A DNA stretch of 64,000 nucleotides, taken from Tubiluchus corallicola (taxonomy: Eukaryota; Animalia; Priapulida). Shown in pieces: positions 20,957 to 33,800 of this stretch. Positions within the stretch are counted from its first letter, which is position 1; the number at the start of each line of letters is the position of its first letter. The stretch covers positions 124,001-188,000 of the forward strand of contig JAQGDQ010000162.1 in NCBI GenBank assembly GCA_030141605.1, in the 5' to 3' direction. The position numbers and the translations under genes were made by a program. A model generated the notes under the pieces. It had not been told where the DNA came from and did not search any database. It saw only the letters and a program-made list of their open reading frames with translations.

Positions 20957-23339
20957 TTAATATACTGACACTTACAGCAGGTGTTGACTGAACAAATAAA
21001 CTTGTAATTGATTTTCTGTGCATTAAAGTTTTCCAGATTAGACAATGACTGACTAGTAATCATCAAACCAATGTGTATGCCCAGTGGGGTAATTTAGAGT
21101 GATGCAGGATCTGGTTGACGAATGGTACACAACTGCTGGAGGTGAATGGCTTCTCTGCGGCTTCATGTGCCATAGAGCCCCTGGCCAATCTGAATGTGAC
21201 TAAGACAGCTCTGATGATATTGTTTTGTCTCAGTGATTTACCTGGGAAAATCGGTTAGATTTCTGTCCGACCACAATCATCTGCATTGAATAAGCCTTGC
21301 TGGTGGGGTCTACATGCTGATTTGCAGAGTATATACCATAAACCCTTAACATTAACTGTGTTCAACTACAACATGAAGCTTGCAACCGTTGAGCTGACAG
21401 TTGCCCGATTATTTTATCATACACTTGTCAAAATTTCTCTGGGAAAAACATTCAAATTTTATTAAAAAATAGAAGTACAATATTATCATACGCCAAGCCG
21501 ATAATACATTTTACACAGTACATTCACACAATGGTACCACTGCAAAAAGTATTAAACTACGTGTGGAGTATTTTATGCAGTAACAAAATTTGTCAGTATG
21601 CTAGTCTACCATCAAGAAGCTACGTACGTGCAACCTAGGGAAATTCCTACTTTCCTCTTAACAGAAGGTAACAGATTGTCAAAAACTTGCTTTTACACTT
21701 TTAGGCGGCAAAGTAACTGTTATGCTTTCAAATCGTCGTCAGTTAACTGATCAATGGCGAATTTTTAGGCAATTTCTCCTATTATTATAGTTCTACTATT
21801 TAAGTATTTAATAAATAGTATTTAATGCGTCTATGCATCTAATGAAAACTACGGACACACTTGCTAGACAAAGAGATAAAAAAGCAAGATGTGAACCATT
21901 TAGCAATAAACAGGTGTCACAAAATACTCACTAGTAAAGTCTTGGCACACAGTTTCTATTCTTATCTAGACTTATACGGTCAGCCAATTAAATAACTGTG
22001 TGTAAGGTACAGTGACTATCAACAAAATCAAATGTGTTGAAGGTGATAGTTTGATTCTGTCAGATCTTATTTCATAATCTTTAATTCATCCTCTGGTCTT
22101 CTGATTCATGTTACATTAACTCCTTCAGGACTGCACCATTTAATATGGGTGTTGTAAGACCTATGACGTTTCTACTACTGTACAGGCATTTTAATGTTAA
22201 AACTTCTTCAAGACCGTAAGCATTTGCTGCACTTTGCGTGGGCTAATGAAAAATTGCTCTCACTGAGCAGCGATTACAACATATTTGATAATTTTTGCAG
22301 GTTTTTACTCCTCGCACAATGAATTTTCTTGTAAAATTATATATGGCACATGTCACACTGAAATGGATGTTCACCTGTGTGAGTCTCATATGATCTGACA
22401 AAGACTTATTTAAAGCTAGACTTATTATACTGAACACACTTAAATGGCTTCTCACCTAAATGTTGAAACCTTACATGGTGAATAAACTCACGTTTCAGAA
22501 CATATCCTTTCTCACACCAAGTGTAGTTATGTGGTTTCTCTTTGCCATACAAGGTCTTTACATGTAACCTGAGATTGCCGCTGCCATTAAACTGCTTAAT
22601 ACTGGCAAAATTACCGAATCAATTATAATAATACATGAAGTTGAAAAAGCTTCATCGACCTTTTACCATAACAAACACTATATTCCAATGGTGTTATTGG
22701 TTTTATTGTTCACTTACCTCCTTCCAATGATTAAAAATATTTCATCAATGGTAATCATTAATGAGATATTTCAGTTGCAATTACAGTGGGGCATTCCAAT
22801 CTTTAGATTATTCTTGTTAAGAGTCACTGAAGTAATTAACTAAGACCTCATGTGTGAAAATTAAAAGTATTGTGCCCCTTACTAGGTACCCCTTCCGTAA
22901 AAGACAGAAGATGACACGGAGATATGCTGCAGAGGCTAATTAACTGCATAAAGCATACTTATTGACACATACCTGACTACTCCATCACTACTTTAAATTG
23001 GCCTTTTCTAAACTTTAGATCTCATCTGTAGGCCTATATAATCTATCTGTAGTATACAGCACCATATAGCCTACAATCAAGTGTTGCCTCCTCCACAAAT
23101 GCCTAAACGTTTACCGTTCAGTTTATACCGTAATTATGAATTCTTACTAACAGCCATTATAACTCTTTCAAACTATTAGTAATATCTTGTTATTAATAAA
23201 ACAATATTTTTGTGTTACTAATTTTAGTAGCCTGTTATAACCAAACTTTGCTTCCAAGGTATTTAGTGCTAAAATTAATATTTGTACCTGTATTTGCTCT
23301 AAGAATTGCTAATGATTTATGTACAAATCAATTGAATTC

Positions 23340-23700
23340 CAGGCAGTTGAGCGAAAAAAGAAACAATTAGAAAGTAACTCAAAGCTTAGCATTCTAAACT
23401 ATTTTTGCTCAGGACAGATAGTCTCCTAAATTGAAGCAGAAAAAACTTTGATTTTGCGTTAACCACTTATTCGAAATCACCTATTCTCTTTGACACGTAT
23501 TTACTGTGGAGTAACTATATTAACCAATCAATCAAACAACCACTCACGCACGGCATTCAGAGTCCATATCTATTTTTAAAACACGCCTCAAAACCTGTCT
23601 ATATGAAAAAGCCTTAACCTGGTAATTGCATAAACAAATTAATTCAATTTGACTTCCATTACGTCTTACATTTTAACTGCAAAAATGTATTGTATGTATA
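23340..23700 (+). mobile_element. Decayed LINE (CR1/L2-like) 3' end
   Basis: gagtccatatctatttttaaaacacgcctcaaaacctgtctatat reads ESISIFKTRLKTCLY, typical of an ORF2 C-terminus; AT-rich tail and microsatellite follow. Confidence 0.5.
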
Positions 23701-23787
23701 ATTTTTAAGAGCATTCATAATGTGTTTTTACTCACGCTTTTTATCTATCACTGTAGTGCTCAAGATCATTTTTCAGATTTGTCGCTG

Positions 23788-23855
23788 ATATTATTATTAT
23801 TATCATCATCATCATCATCATTATTATTATTATTATTATTATTAATAATAATAAT
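23788..23855. repeat. Compound (ATT)n(ATC)n(ATT)n(AAT)n microsatellite
   Basis: Read directly. Confidence 0.9.
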
Positions 23856-23966
23856 TCATTTGAAAAGTGCAGTGTAATTTGGTAAGTTTCTGAAACGTTT
23901 CTCACTGATAATTAGTAAGCAAATTTAACTCTGCTTTAGTGTATTGAAGTGAAACTTTGGTGAAAC

Positions 23967-24061
23967 CAGGCCCTATTTCAGGGGGGGGGGAGTGGGGATA
24001 CTTCCCCGGGGCTTCACCCTCCAGGGGGGCCTCGTGCCGAGGTAACATACTGCCTCCTCTT

Positions 24062-24110
<49 letters not shown>

Positions 24111-24456
24111 CGCACGCGCGCCGTTTGCCTTGTGCGGCTCGGTGCCGATGTTCAGCTGTTTTCAATTTCGGAATTTCTAACACCGGCTTGTACGGAAGTG
24201 AGAGTGCGGTATTACATATTGCAAATATGTTGTTCTTGATTTGATTATTTGACAAGTATTAAGGACTGGTCTTGAGAATAAAGCAGTTTTTCTTTCAATT
24301 GTTCTTTCCTTTAACAACTGTATAACTCCACTTTCACTTCGAAAATGCTTGTCCGGCATTCTAGCAGTTCAACCATGGTGGCGACCGCCCCCCCTCCCCG
24401 AGGGGGCCTCACACGCCCCACTTACCCGGGCCTCGCTTAGGCTGAAATAGGCCCTG
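23967..24456. mobile_element. Young hAT-type MITE with a perfect 8-bp TSD and an internal (CT)n
   Basis: TSD GGTGAAAC at 23959-23966 and 24457-24464; TIRs CAGGCCCTATTTCAG / CTGAAATAGGCCCTG; GC-rich subterminal regions. Confidence 0.9.
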
Positions 24457-24559
24457 GGTGAAACTCTGAGCAGGGTAAAACACGTGCAGGACAACAATGT
24501 AAAAATGAAATCACTAATTAATACAATTAATAAGCAGATTAAACAATTACATGTAGTGA

Positions 24560-24887
24560 TTTAGTACTAATGTTAACCTAATTTCTAAATAGTCGTTGAT
24601 ATTGCATATTATACAAGAAGGGCAACTGCGTACTTATGCATGTTATTCTGGGGAACTGCTTGTTGTGTAGTACGTAGTACTTCTTCGTTATGCGGCGTTA
24701 TATAGCAACTGTTCTAAGTAACTGTCTGTGGTGTGTTATACAATGCTTGTTTACATGAATATGAACGGATACACATTTTCCGAGTAAAATAATATTTTTT
24801 TATATTGGGCGCCTAAAATGTAGCGCCCCTCAAACTCTGCCGCCCTAGGCTATAGCCTACTTAGACCATTGGTTAATACGCCCCCTG
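24560..24887 (+). mobile_element. Partial copy of the hAT-type MITE at 44712-45130
   Basis: Shared aactgcttgttgtgta..agtaactg.ctgtggtgtgttata..cgccctaggctatagccta..taatac.cccc.tg end. Confidence 0.7.
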
Positions 24888-25129
24888 TGTATTGTACGCG
24901 TCATGGAATGTATATACAGTATTATAAGTACAGATATACGCTTTAATTAATGTTCTTGGTTTATACTGGGATAAAGTACTATTTTCTGAAAAATATCAGT
25001 GTCACACGCTTAACCTACAATTCACACTTGACACGATGCCTACGAAAGATCAACATTATGATAATTATGAACGAGCCGTCCGCATGCGCAATTTAGCAGG
25101 TTAGAGGGAACTATGAACTATGAATTTTA

Positions 25130-25500
25130 TTTCACACAACAAAAAATACAATATCAAACACATTAATAAACTTTAAATAAAATAATTTGAGTAGTGCGAG
25201 GTGAGTGTACGACCATACGGTCATTAACACACTCACCTTACTTAAATGAAAAAATGATTATAGTTATGCATGCTTCTGTAGATAACTTATTGTAAATAAG
25301 GACAAAGTAAATGATGTAATAATAGCAATGGAGGCTGCACTTATAACCTTCCTGTATGTACCCCCTTAGCTACTCACAACGCCAGACTGCCCTTTACAGA
25401 TCTGTTTCCCACGGATATACCTAACGGCGAAATTGACTAAGTTGTATGCCCTTTGCTACTATGTGTGCAAGCAAAGAAAAGCAGTGCTTTTAAGCAGATA
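25130..25500 (-). mobile_element. Decayed LINE 3' end
   Basis: Minus strand has ..gggcagtctggcgttgtgagtagc..ttataagtgcagcctcc..gtaaggtgagtgtgttaatgaccgtatggtc..tttattaatgtg, a CR1-like 3' end layout. Confidence 0.35.
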
Positions 25501-26907
25501 AAAACAAACAAAAACACAAACAAAACAAAGAACAACCAACCAAACAGACAAACACAATCAAATATCTTGTTTGATAAGTCTTTTATACCACTTGAATAAT
25601 CTTTTTAAGTGGCAGATACATTAAATAATACAGAGGCAAAAACACAAACTACAAAATTTGCATTGAATAAGCGTTCGTTGCCATTATACAAAATCAAATT
25701 AGGCACACACACGACTTCAGCTACATTTCGCAGCAAAAATAGCCTTCACAGAAAGCGTTGGGAGAAATTTGAATTTTCGTTATTACAAAAGTTTGGGTAT
25801 TCTCATTTCGAAACTGACGTTAAAGAAAAACTTATTGCAAACTAATCAAGCCATATTTTCCCATTATGCTATTTCATTTGGCACTTATTATTCCTGTTAT
25901 TATTATGTGACTTGCTAGTATTCTATGTAGAGAGCAACAGACAGCATGTAGCTTCGGCACTGAAAAGAAGCCACAGTCTGCTGAGTTTTAAAATCACATC
26001 GATAAAACAAAAAATGGAGCGCATCTGCGATCTGAAACCTCACGGAGAGCAAGACGCTGTGAAACACTTGTTCCAAAATTTCAACTGTTATCCCTCGTAA
26101 TCGCTTGCAGAGAGCATCTCAGCCAAATAAAACACAGTAACAACTGGGAGGCGTACGGGTTTGATTACACATATTCAATAAACAAATTCAAAGCAGACCG
26201 TTTCATGACTGAGGAGAGCATACATGGGAGAGTCTCAGAGCTGTTGGTAATCCAATCTTTATGTTGTCTCTTTATGTACGATCTCACTCGGTTTCAGAAG
26301 AAATCAGCTTGTAAATAAAAGTTGGAAAAAACTCTCAAGTTGGGTATACAGTTGGTGCAGCAGGAGGAGGACTCTAGCTGTCACTGTGGCTGGAGGAAGT
26401 ATGTGGTTGTGATTCGTGAATTTGAATGTACAGAAACAATTTCTCTGAGTTAAATTGTTGTGGAAATAGTGCCTGATTATTTTTCATAAGCAAGAATTGG
26501 AAAAAGTCAATTATTGCTGCCATTTATGTGTGTGATATTAGGACAGAGCAAAGATATGACGATATATTTTTCTGGAAACTGTTGTTCAGATTAACATAAA
26601 AAATGTCGTCATAACGTCATAGCTTTCGGATCGCGGTTACTTTTTATTGTTAAAAATTCCTGATGGACTTATGCGCGTGTGCCAAACAGCAATAATTTTA
26701 TAAGGTTTGATCATCAATTATCTCACCATTTCTTTTAGCGACCATAATAATGTGAACGTGCACCATTACAACAGTTGTTTCTTACTGGCGTCACATTACT
26801 GAGGACTGATGATAGACAAGCCTCAGCTGTAGCTTAACTTAATGTAAACTGTTAACGTGATTTCAAATTATAAGAAATTTTAAAAATCATTAGTGCTTCA
26901 TCAAAGG

Positions 26908-27405
26908 ATGCTGGGACCATCAAACATGTCTGCAAGTCTAGCACTAAGGACTCACAGGGCGTCATTATCATCAGACGGTTACGATTCCACCAGCTCAACA
27001 GACGGGGGCGTAACGAGCAGCACAAAACCAGACGACAGGTCATCCTCAGAAAAAGGTCACAAGAAGCAAACCAACGTGGCCGCGCTCAGTAAGGCGCGGC
27101 AAGCGGCAAACGCTCGCGAGAGGGCACGAACACATAGTGTGAACGTTGCATTTTCCGCACTCCGCACGCACATTCCTACAGAACCGGCCAACAGGAAACT
27201 GTCAAAGATTGAAACCCTGCGACTGGCTGTGAGTTACATAGCTCATTTAGAGACTGTTTTACTGTTGAGCGAGTTGGAAGAGGAGGTGGTAGAGCAACCC
27301 TGCATCCGCAGTGCCGAGTTACTTTCCAAGTTACATTCGTCAACCTTTCAGTCGCCCACTGTCTGTACATTTTGCCTGCGAAGCCAGACTGTAGGTAGTC
27401 GGTAA
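26908..27405 (+). CDS. TCF15: Paraxis/scleraxis-class (TCF15/SCX) bHLH transcription factor; alternative start 26926; a second exon after the GTAGGT at 27391 is possible
   Basis: [51 protein letters not shown] plus the family-specific QPC and P.VCTFCL motifs. Confidence 0.88.
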   Translation: MLGPSNMSASLALRTHRASLSSDGYDSTSSTDGGVTSSTKPDDRSSSEKGHKKQTNVAALSKARQAANARERARTHSVNVAFSALRTHIPTEPANRKLSKIETLRLAVSYIAHLETVLLLSELEEEVVEQPCIRSAELLSKLHSSTFQSPTVCTFCLRSQTVGSR

Positions 27406-27737
27406 CATTGTGAAATTTGGACTTCGCAAATTAACGTCTAAGTTGTGCAATTTGCTGTGTTAATAATGATGAATTGTCATCAATAATTAATAGCAAGTAA
27501 TTTTATGAATTAATGCTAGTTGCTAAAGACGTTAAAATTTCAATGGAACGCAGTTAACAGTTACTGCATGAGTATGGGATGAACGAAACAATATTGGTCA
27601 TTTTGTGATGTATCATGATTGTGTGATTATGTAAATTAAATCATACTGATAAGGTGAAGCTATGATACTTAACGAAATAAAATTACTATTTCAAAATACA
27701 CAGGTTGATGTACGGTGTACATGTGAACGTAGCCTTA

Positions 27738-28247
27738 GGCCTGTATCACACAGAGCTGGACGTAGTCCGTAAGGCGTAAACTGTGAGGAAAAATGAACGT
27801 TTGCTGACCAATGGTCCCTAGTCACACAGTTAATTCATTTGTCATCTTCTGCCCACCGCGGTTTGCCTACCGTAAGCCATCAACCATTATCCGCAGTAGG
27901 TTCATGAGCAGTTCTTAGCTCTTCATAAGGCGCTTTATTGCGAAATGAATTTGGCCATTAATTTCATCTGTCGTAAGGTCAAGTGAGTCTTCTTTAACGC
28001 GATTATTAGCGAGTTTGTGATTTTTACTGTGCACAATTGATACCATGTGAATTCATAACAGAATGGTCTGATAAACGTTAAAAAGCAGTTTTAAAATACG
28101 ACATTTCAAGATATTGCAATTAGATAATTACATTGCAGAAACGGATTATGGCAAAACGCCTTACTATTTATACAGAGAAAGAAGCATACTACGGATTATG
28201 ATTGTGGATTGCGGTTTGCTCCTTACTAGCTCTGTGTGACAAGGGCT
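27738..28247. mobile_element. Harbinger-like MITE
   Basis: Imperfect 20-bp TIRs GGCCTGTATCACACAGAGCT / AGCTCTGTGTGACAAGGGCT flanked by TTA and TAA. Confidence 0.65.
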
Positions 28248-30724
28248 TAAGAGTACTAACAGGTAAACTGAAATGGTTCTTTCAAAAGTCCTCGGTGTGA
28301 GGCTTCGTGATCCTCCTGCTCTTTCTCTCCTATACAGGCTAAATTGCAGAGCTGCGTTCAATAAAACATGACGAAGCCAAACAGTTTGGAAATTCAATAA
28401 TTTACGTGAGACGTATTGCAGCTGGCCTATATGGACTTGATGCAACTATGCTGAGTAAATCACACAGCTGCACCAGGCCAATATAGCACCTGTCAACAAA
28501 ATCTGCCAGCACAGCTACGCTGACACAGCTGGCAGAGTTTTGCAATGTGACTCCGTGTGAACGCACCTTTGTTAAACCAGATGTAGTAGCACGAGTTACT
28601 CTTTGTCAGCGTTAAAATTATCCATTCACACCATTATTAAGGTGAATTAATGTCTTTTGAATGGGATTAAGAGTAAGTCTGTAATAATCCATTAATTTCT
28701 CAATAACAGTAATTATTTTCCAGCTTCCCAGTGCCTGTGCTGTTCTGTCAATTGTACGATACTGTTACAGAACTTCGCACATGCAGTAGCTAGCTAGTTG
28801 GTGTGTTCAAGTAAACAGCTCAACTTTACAGTGGATCTGGTCAATGTCACTGTCAATTGGATCTTTACTTCGTAACAGGAGTTTGTGTTTGTGTTATCAC
28901 AGTTTATACAGCCTATATTGATTACGGTTAAATTCGATGCCTTTTGTTTCTTTACATGCACAGTAAGAGCGGAAAAATGTTCATCATTTTACTGAATAGA
29001 TCAGTAATTGGCCTAGTGAGAACACACGTTGATGTAATAATTGTCTATGCATTCTAGTAGTTCGTTTTAAAACTAAATTCAATTACTGACAACTATAAAA
29101 TTACCTGAAGTGTAAACCTGAATAAATATTTAGTATTTTTTGCTTGTGTATTGCACAATATTATGTAAGTATGCCTGAGTAATTTCTTATTTGGCTGGTA
29201 CGAGCATAATTCAAGATATAGTGTTACAATCTAGAAAGATGTGAATAAAATTGTTCGCAATAATTAGTACCGTACATTAAATTCGATTAATGCCAATTAG
29301 TGAATAACTGTGATGAAAATCTCTTGCATTAGCTTGAAAATTTTTGTATTGCCTTGAATGCTAACGATGTAAACAGCATTAAAAGTTTTAATATGTATGA
29401 AATAACAATAGTAATTATCGAATTTTCAACGTTTTGTTGTTTATTTGTTTTAATGGCGCTTTTGTTCAATTTTGACAGCAGTCATCTGCAAATGCTTCCA
29501 AGGCAGCAAGGGTTCTTACATGGATGGCAAGTGCTTTTTGTGTGTTAACTATAACACCATTTTCTAGTGCAAATTATCCAGTTTAACTGTAAACATCTTA
29601 TTTATTAATAATGAAAAGCGTTGTTTGCTATTTTGCAGACACAATTTAAATCGATATGCATCTTAATAACTGGGTGTGCAATATGTGTTGTAAACATATT
29701 ACTGTAATATGATTATAAACTGGCCCATTTTACAGAAATACAAAAACGCACATGCAGATTTTCGCATTCTTCTTACTGTTATTATTGCCGTTATTGTTAA
29801 ACATTAAAGACATTGACCAACTTAATGGTCGAATGTAAAAGTTGGAGATGTTCCAATGTGCATCAATCGATGCCTGAACTACCGCATTTCCTAGTCTATG
29901 TTAACCACATTAATTTGTTACATTTTTGCAGCTCAATCTATCTTTTTGCAATTGCAACCAACAAGAAATTTTATCTAGCTTTGCAATCAAAGCAAAATCA
30001 CGTCATTATTCATAAAGACATTTTCCATGATTTACACTTCTGTTTTTTGGGATTAGATTTAACTCATTCAAACGCCACTTGTGGAACATAACCAGCTATA
30101 AGACTGACTGATCTGATTGAATTTTATAGTGAGAGGCAAAATCAGCACACTAGAAGTTGTTGACCTGAATGATCATTGGACTGTTCACCATCTTGTGAGT
30201 TGTGTTTCAAAGCAGGTTAAAATACATACAATGATTCAGCAATTCATTATTAAATTTATCGGTGCATCAAATTACAACAATTGTGATCAATTAACTTATT
30301 GGAGAAAAACAAGAGAAGAAAAACTTAAAGAACTGTTTACTGCAATTCAGTTTTCGTTATACTGAGCAGTGACCCTATACTGAGCAGTCACACAAACGAA
30401 ATTTTATCATTGATTAATACTTTTGTAATTGTGTTACAGTTTTACGTGTAAAATAAACTATCATAGTTCATAGTTAGAACAGATGTTTCTAACGATTTTA
30501 CCTTAATTTGCTGTGGTTCGAGGGGCAAAGGAGCAACTTTATAAAGTGGCCAGCTGTGTTTTTAAGTTTGAAAGGTAAAATTTACTTGTAATTAATTGTG
30601 CAAACGATGGCGCAATTTTTTCCCACGTTCTGAATTAAACAACCACTATAAGTTAGCCATCTTGGGCTTGCTGAAAAACATGATGATTGATGTTATTCAG
30701 CGGGGAAATTTACAGACCCAATGA

Positions 30725-30830
30725 TACGGCACGTAAGTGGTGCTCTTGCGTGTTCGGCTTTGCGGAGTCGCCGGCGTCGTCATCAAGAAATGTACATAAA
30801 TGGCGGAGAAGCGTGCAGTTTTGAATACGT
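30725..30830 (+). promoter_or_regulatory. CpG-rich patch, probable WDR90 promoter and first exon
   Basis: Local CpG cluster in AT-rich DNA ending in aaATGGCGG. Confidence 0.5.
30800..30812 (+). CDS. WDR90: WDR90 putative first coding exon (MAEK)
   Basis: ATG in the CpG patch; phase-1 donor (weak GTGCAG) fits the next exon. Confidence 0.45.
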
Positions 30831-33800
30831 GAAGATAGTAATTGGGAGAAACGCAAGTGATTTCTAGATACGTGAATGAATAACCTCTTTTAAATTAAGT
30901 AGTGAGTATTTTTCAGTGATGTAAGTCATTGGTCAGACCCGTCTTTGCTTACGCAGATGTGGTGTGGGAGCCATCAGTTTCAGGATCAATGCTTCTGACC
31001 CTTTTATCTCAGGGTAGATTTCCGAAAAAGGCTATCACAATCATCAGCATTGTTCAAATTGTGTCAATCAATTGTACATCAATATTTATCGTATTCTAGT
31101 TTTCGTTATTTCGTAAAGAAAATTTTTGGCGCTATTAACTTCAAATTGCTATTGTCTTCAAATAAAGTCTTCCTTGGTATTTGTCAATTTATCTCTCTTT
31201 CTTGATTATAAAGTGAGCAATGTAGAAATACATTCTTCAAATATTCAATACAATCATTAGATTGACAAACTTTGATTTTCAAGAAATCTGTGTAATGGAT
31301 TTCCTCTCAACTCCAGAGCACCGATTCTCGCTTTAACTAGCAACTCAAATTTACAAGAATCATCCATCCTCACTTCAAAACGTGATTGAGATTTATTCCT
31401 ACTGCATGCAATCGCTTATGAAGACCTATCCAGTTGATTTTTCCAAATCTACTAGCCAACCTCACTATTTTTCCTTTCTATGAAATTATTTCAACGCTTC
31501 TCTGTCAAAGTTTTATCTATTTATGTTTACATCAAGAAGGATTCTATCCACACAGTAGAGAAAATTCCACAAAGAATGACCAGTTTGATTCCAGGACTGG
31601 GTAACTTAACTTAGTCACAAAGGCGTCAAGAAATTGGTCTAACCACACTCATGTATAACCTCATGAGACAGGACATAACATAAACTTTTATGATTCTATG
31701 GTGGTTTATGATTCTTCTGTTTTATCGATCCATGGATTGAGTTTAAAAATTTAGATCTTGCAATATGGCGGCAGGCTATGGGAGAACTGAAACCACTATA
31801 ATATTCGCAATAAGAAAGATCAACCCTACTCAATAAGACTGACATTATTTTAGTAATTTTAAAGCAGTAATTTAAACAACAGTGCCATATTGCAGTCCTC
31901 AGTTATCATAGACATAAACAATTTATTTTCTTTCTCTGACATTTGAGCAAGGTGTAAGTGCAAGATTCTTGCTATTGGTAACTTCATCACTAGTTGTAAT
32001 CACTTGCTATCAAATAAGTTTCTACGCTAATATTTGACTGTAATAGTAAGTCATAAAATTTTGTTAATTATTATAGCTTATAAAATGTATAATTTACAGT
32101 CTAGATTTGAGATTAAGGTGAGCCATGGCATTATCATGCTGTTCATCCAGTTTCTTTAAATATGGTCACTTGCCCCGGCTAGTAAATTTGGTAGTTTGTT
32201 GTCCTTATTTTCTTTGCCCTTGTTATTATTAGTATTAAAAACTGTAGTGGTGTTGTTATAGTTGTTTCTTCAGTTTTTAGACTTTCCTTTTGAAATTTGA
32301 TCATTCTCTACTTTCTATTGGTACCTTATTGCAATACTTTGGCGCAATGCTTGAAAATCCTAATCAGCAAAGGCTTTCTTTATGTACAACAAGTTCTAAG
32401 CCATTTGCTTAGCTAACTCGTGTGTTCCTGTCATAAACACGTAATTGTAGGCAATCAGCCAATTAAGTTAGAGCCATTCCATTTAATGCTTTGTTGGTTA
32501 AAACTAATGTTTTAAAAGCACACTGACATCTGATTGGTAGCCAATGAAGACTGAACAAAGCATTTGTGACAGTATCATATTTGTAACACCTGTTACAATT
32601 TTGACAGCCCAGTTTTGCACCCTTTGCCTTGGGTTCAAGGGACCCTCTGGGAGTTCAAGAAATAATGAATTTGCATATTCAAAGTTTGATAAAACAAAGG
32701 AAGACAACATTAGATAGAATCCTTAGTTAAATACCTTTTTTATTTTGTAATTTGATGTAAGTTACCCCTTACTTCCTTACTTTTTTACACTTAGAATGTA
32801 CCTGTTCTTTCAAATTTAAATTATTGTTTAGAACAGCAAATATATTAATGTGTATTATTAGCTAGAGTTAGAGTTCAATGTTGTTACGTGAAACCTTATT
32901 TTTCCAAAATTTGTCGCAATTTTTAGGCAATTAAAACTATGTTGTTGAAATATGAAATCACATGCTCTTAGATGTGTTCTTGTGTGATCTAATATGTGAT
33001 TTGATTATGTATTTTCAGCAAAACACGTTGAGCAAATTTGGGCTAATCCTTGTCAAAAGGCTTTATCAATTTCTGTCAAAAAACAACTGTTTTACTGAGA
33101 AAATTTTTGTCTTACTTTCTAGTGTTACAGCAGCCATTTGTGGATTTATTCCGACACGCAAACATCAGAGAATGGAGTGGTGCATCCAAAACGGGAGAAG
33201 TCACAACGCTTATGGTACACTATTAGCAAACATAGACACAGGCGTATAATTCAGAAATTCTAACTAGGTGGCGGAGAATTTCAGTGATAGGTTTAGATAA
33301 GTTTACATTCTCTGCTTGACAGGCTACTGTTAAACGAATAAGGCTTTTTACAGTTTTGTTGTGCATATGCACAGTTGCTGTAGGTCAAAGGTTAAGTGTA
33401 CCCCAGCAATATGTCTTAACTATAACCGTCACATGTAGGTAAAGCAAAGCCGGCTACCGCATCACTTCAGTAATGTCAGTTGTTTTTACGTGGATTTTAC
33501 TTAATTATGCATTACTCTTTACATAGAGTGATTTACTAGCAGGAACAAGAAAAAATGAACTAGCTAAGCTTCTAGCTAGCTGCTAAAGGTGTTACTTGTG
33601 CAACAGCATGGGCAGCGAGGCTTTGTCAAGTGTACACAAATGCATTGTCTGGTACACTTAACCTTTGACGTATTCACGATCATCATCAATCGCTTGAACT
33701 CTGAAAAGGCTTATTGGCGATGGCCAGAAAGGTGTACAGTTAACCTAGTTAGGCAATAGAAAATTAGGCTCATGTAACTTGCATTGGTAAAGGTAGGAGA

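Noticed and set aside
23902-24359. ORFs with RERERE or SLSLSL runs
   Set aside because: Translations of the (CT)n microsatellite inside the hAT MITE
29354-30365. Short plus-strand ORFs upstream of WDR90 as an extra gene
   Set aside because: Non-ATG starts, no homology recognised, no consistent splice chain
30725-30830. RFX X-box expected for a ciliary/centriolar gene
   Set aside because: Only GTCGCCGGCGTC-like partial matches; no convincing GTNRCC-N-RGYAAC
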